Shown: piece by piece, positions 20,450 through 23,911 of the stretch | Numbering within the stretch: position 1 is the first letter of the stretch | How the letters are laid out: the number at the start of each line of letters is the position of its first letter | DNA from: Octopus sinensis | Lineage: Eukaryota | NCBI RefSeq assembly: GCF_006345805.1 | Contig: NW_021836500.1 | Coordinates: 1 to 23,911 of the forward strand | Length of the DNA stretch: 23,911 bases | Direction: 5' to 3' | Made by a program: the position numbers and the translations under genes | The notes under the pieces: model-generated | Told to the model about the DNA's origin: nothing | Seen by the model: only the letters and a program-made list of their open reading frames with translations | Database searches by the model: none

Positions 20450-21235
20450 TATGAATAAAAAATCAAACTTTTACCGGTCCTCCAGTACGAGAATCTTTGT
20501 TAGTGGCGTTTCTGATAGTTGTCCGGGAGTGGTCTATTTGCTTACAATCACGGAATACCTCAAGCGCAAATATACATTCCATGAAACTGGAAATCTTTTT
20601 TTGAACATGCTGAGAGAATTGCAGAAGAACTTTATGATTGAGCAAATAAAGAATAAACAATTGCATGCAACTCTCTCAGATTTTTTAAATGATCTAAGCG
20701 TCGATGTTGCTAATTTTCCAGTTGATTATTGCATAGAAAAAACTTACCGAAAACAGTGAAGGCTCTCTGTTTCATACAGAAAAGTATTCTATTTTTTATA
20801 ATGCTAGAATAATGTGCAGTCACCGTAACTCAGCCAAGAAGACGGTTGATCACTTGGCGACAAGGTGTGATTGAATGCTAGTGACTATTTACAAAGACAC
20901 AACTATGTTGTGCAGGTAGTATAGAATTACGAAATCGAAGGTTGAAAATCTATTCTTTTTAGTCGAAGAGTGCGAATTACTCTGTGAAGATTCGTATCGA
21001 TGCAACAATAAATACAAATACGAAAGTCCAGAGTAACGAGGCGAACATGAGAAGCACAATCTGCTTATAGAGATTGTGATGATCTCCCAAAAAGACCTGA
21101 TCGATCAAAAAGTGCAGATTGTAGGAATTTTTGAGTAACCAGCCCATCCCATGTTAATACAATAGGTACATGAACCACATGTCTGACTCTGCAGTTCCTT
21201 GCGTAATTCGCAGAATTACTGTGGCAATGTTGTAA
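20450..21235 (+). mobile_element. R4/Dong-like RLE retrotransposon 3' half with an inverted terminal segment
   Basis: + strand: LTITEYLKRKY..., CSHRNSAKKTVDHLATRCD, YLQRHN, KIRIDATI, LIEIVMISQ. The next motif, VPIVLTWDGLVT, lies on - at about 21125-21235. Confidence 0.75.
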
Positions 21236-21269
21236 TTAGAATATGGTTTATTTTTTTATTAATTATTGT

Positions 21270-21520
21270 TTAATTATCCTAATTTTTAATGGTAAACCTA
21301 ATAAATTATTCCACGTGTGAGCACGCAGTTGATTCACCTTGTGGTGATGTTTATATAATTAACCCTTTTCTTAATTTTTTATATAATTGGATTTAGTGGG
21401 AATATTTCGAGATGCAGTTTCTTTTAATGATTAAATTATTTGAAATTTCATCATTTTGTGATATTTTTCGAATTTATTCCTATAATTTGTTTCTTTTACT
21501 CATTTTGAAATTTCTGTAAC
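21270..21520. repeat. Diverged copy of the interior of the 13147-14785 element (about 13500-13750)
   Basis: Shared blocks in the same order: CACGTGTGAGCAC, AATTGGATT, GGAATATTT, GAAATTTCATCATTTTGT. Confidence 0.75.
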
Positions 21521-21889
21521 GCTAATATCTTTTGAAATATTTATTTATTCAATTTTTAATCATTTTTGGTACTTTTTCATATACTTATCTTTTTCCCACG
21601 ACCAGTTAAGTTTTTTATATACAGTATAAAATCCATTTGGGGCATCAATTTTGTAAAATTGCCTGAAATTTTTTTCATTTTTATAAACATAACATTTTTT
21701 AAGTACTACAAATTTTCATTCTATTGACGAGTTTTTCGTAATCATTTGTAACGGTGAGTCATGTAATATGTGACATGAGCCAAAAGATATTTATCCGATG
21801 CGCGTTACACTGACCTTCAATTAATGTTAATCTGTCAATTTTTTTTGCTATTTGATAATAACTACAAGTTAATTAATTAAAAGCTTCAT

Positions 21890-22225
21890 GGCGGGAAGCC
21901 GACGCGACCGAGAAAGAATTGGAGCGCACTATCGCAAGGGATATCCGCTCGAAAAACCATCTCGATTCGCGGGCGTCGCCTGTGATAGCAGACATTTTTT
22001 TTTATTTTTCAAATTGAAAGAAAAAAGAGAGAATAAAATAGTTATTACAAGTCGCATCCCATAACAGAGACTTGCCGAACTCAAACGGGAAAGTCGAAAG
22101 ACCGTAGGGTCTTTTTCCGTCTCCCCTCGCAAGCCCAACGGGTTCAAGGATTGATGGAATTCCAGCGGCCGTGAGCCCCCTCTGAATAACGTCGTTAAGT
22201 GCTGCATGGCGTGGTGCGCGCCCTG
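21890..22225 (-). mobile_element. CRE-like RLE fragment with internal deletion
   Basis: [36 protein letters not shown] (22045-22225), a short AT-rich spacer, then TGDARESRWFFERISLAIVRSN (21890-21997). Confidence 0.8.
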
Positions 22226-22293
22226 TCAATTTATCGATAAACTTCAAACAATCTTGTTATTGATTTATCGACTAGAGTCTAGTTGAGTCTATC

Positions 22294-22459
22294 AAATGGT
22301 TTTTCTTTTTTGCGATCTCGTGGCTTATCAAAAAATTGGTAATATTTGCAGTCCTGGCATTGTGATACCAATATTTAAAAGCGGAATCTCAATCTGATTA
22401 TTCTTTGCAAGTTCTTCTACAGCTTTGTTTCGCAAATCACCAATTGGATATTTTTTTGC
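22294..22459 (-). mobile_element. Fragment of the same hAT transposase family as 17710-19151
   Basis: Reverse complement aligns closely with about 17920-18087 (AAAAAATATCCAATTGGTGAT...GACTGCAAATATT...GAGATCGCAAAAA). Confidence 0.85.
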
Positions 22460-22576
22460 TTTTTTATTCTTTCAATCTTGAAATATGTACGTCAGTTACA
22501 GTGTTCCCTTTATCGTCTTCTAGAACATACAAATTTCCATTAACGGTTCTGACATAATAAAGTGTAGTATCTAGTC

Positions 22577-23332
22577 CATAGGTTTTCACGAGAAATTTCT
22601 CGCGGCGCAAATGCTAATAAAAAATAATCTCGCGGCACATAATCAAATATCAAAACATAATTCTAAAATTCAAAATTTATTATTTTTACATATTTTTTCT
22701 ATGTCTGGCTCAATATTTGATAAGGCCAGTCGCATTTCTGAATCCAAATCCAGTAGATTTTCTCGCTTATTTGTTTTAATGTTTTGTAATGCAGAAAATC
22801 CCTTTTCACAAAAATAAGTTGTTGCAAATTGTAGAATTATCCGCATTGCTTTATCTGTTATGTTTGGAAATCTAGAACGAATTTTGATCCAAAATTCGCC
22901 AATATTTAATTCCGTATGTGATAATTTTAAGGTACGATCATTAAATAGTTCAATAAGCTCCATATTTTCGAACGGTGATAATTCATTACTATGACTAACC
23001 AAAAATGGATTCCGTATCTAAAACTAATTATTTAAAATAAATACCCAATCATATTTTCCAATGTCTATGTCTATTAATTATATTTTTCAATTGTACGAGG
23101 TTTCATTTTTTAATTCTTTAAAATAATCAATTGAATAATCTTTATATTCCGGGTGCTTAGATGAAAAATGTCTACGAAGTTTAGATGGAACCATTGATTC
23201 ATTCGACAACACCTCCATGCAAATCAGGCACTGTGGTAAACTATTTCCAGTGCCACAACAGTCAAAACCCATAGATAAAAAAGATGATTTGTAATGACGA
23301 ATACTCCGATACACAAACATAACAAATAGCAA
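22577..23332 (-). mobile_element. Buster/ZBED5-like hAT relic, internally deleted, with a 27-nt intron (23018-23044)
   Basis: BED finger PQCLICMEVLSNESMVPSKLRRHFSSKH. YDW|IRNPF after splicing. Dimerisation region FWI...FATTYFCEKGFSAL. Degenerate end near 22577 preceded by ATCTAGTC. Confidence 0.85.
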
Positions 23333-23354
23333 CGTGATTATAATTTATTATAAT

Positions 23355-23911
23355 CGTCCCCTCTGTCCAATCCAACTGGTTCAAGCACGTTGGGGAAGCC
23401 AGCAGCGTTGAGAGCTCTTGAGATTACGTCGTTGATTGCTCCATGGCGAGGCGAGCGGCCTGCGCTCCGGCGGCAGGAAAGGGGGTGAAGGCCTTTCACG
23501 TCCACCGTACCTCCGCATCGACAGGGATGAGAGGCGCAGACATCGAGCCCCAGCCGAAGAGCGACCCCGATACGCAGTGTTTCGTTGTCCAATAGGGAAC
23601 CCGTCGATGACGTTGGGTAAGCGTCGAGCCAGGATCCACTATGCGCGTGTGCTGCCGAAAGCAGGCACGCTAGCCGGTGTTGGTCTAGCTCTGGTTTCAT
23701 CTTCGAAAACGAGTCGGCGGCCCATATTTCATCCCATTCCCGTTGCACAGACATGTCGAACGGGAGAGGTAGGTTAGCGTCAGTCCAGAATTCCAGAAGG
23801 TCGGCAGTCGGCAACTCCAGAGAGAGTTCGTTGAAGGGGAGTAGAACCTCTCGGACAAGTTGCCGGCTTCTGGAAATTGAAGAGAAGTGTGCATGTGGAG
23901 CCAGATCTTTT
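23355..23911 (-). mobile_element. CRE-like non-LTR retrotransposon, C-terminal part (continues beyond the window)
   Basis: SGSWLDAYP...LRIGVALRLG...CRCGGTVDVKGLHPLSC...RHGAINDVI...LEPVGLDRGD; truncated on its 3' side near 23355. Confidence 0.88.

Noticed and set aside
21980-22045. GT..AG stretch across the deletion in the CRE fragment
   Set aside because: About 65 nt, outside the local intron size range, and removal does not restore missing protein sequence.

Overview
AT-rich eukaryotic window, almost certainly from an animal, that is mostly nested transposon debris around two host genes. The host genes are a tRNA-Val(AAC) at 8749-8823 and a complete CD63-like tetraspanin at 10185-10978 (-). 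The tetraspanin is split by five 26-31 nt GT-AG introns, and three of its exons have the human CD63 sizes (189/75/84 nt). Mobile elements are: (a) a full-length APE-RT LINE with a perfect 13-bp TSD (160-4141); (b) RTE-like, CRE-like and R4/Dong-like non-LTR fragments; (c) pogo/Tigger, hAT (Buster/Charlie) and Ginger2-like DNA transposon relics; (d) a three-level nest at 11104-15246 (Tigger > 5'-inverted CRE > TGT..ACA TIR element). The most unusual signal is that the DNA-transposon genes carry the host's miniature introns. 25-27 nt GT-AG segments split conserved motifs in two hAT transposases and one integrase, and the 25-nt one looks like a tandem duplication of the adjacent codons, i.e. a candidate intron birth. 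A second highlight is an apparent twin-primed insertion by an RLE-type (CRE) retroelement. All family assignments come from recognising motifs by eye; no searches were run, and relic boundaries are approximate.
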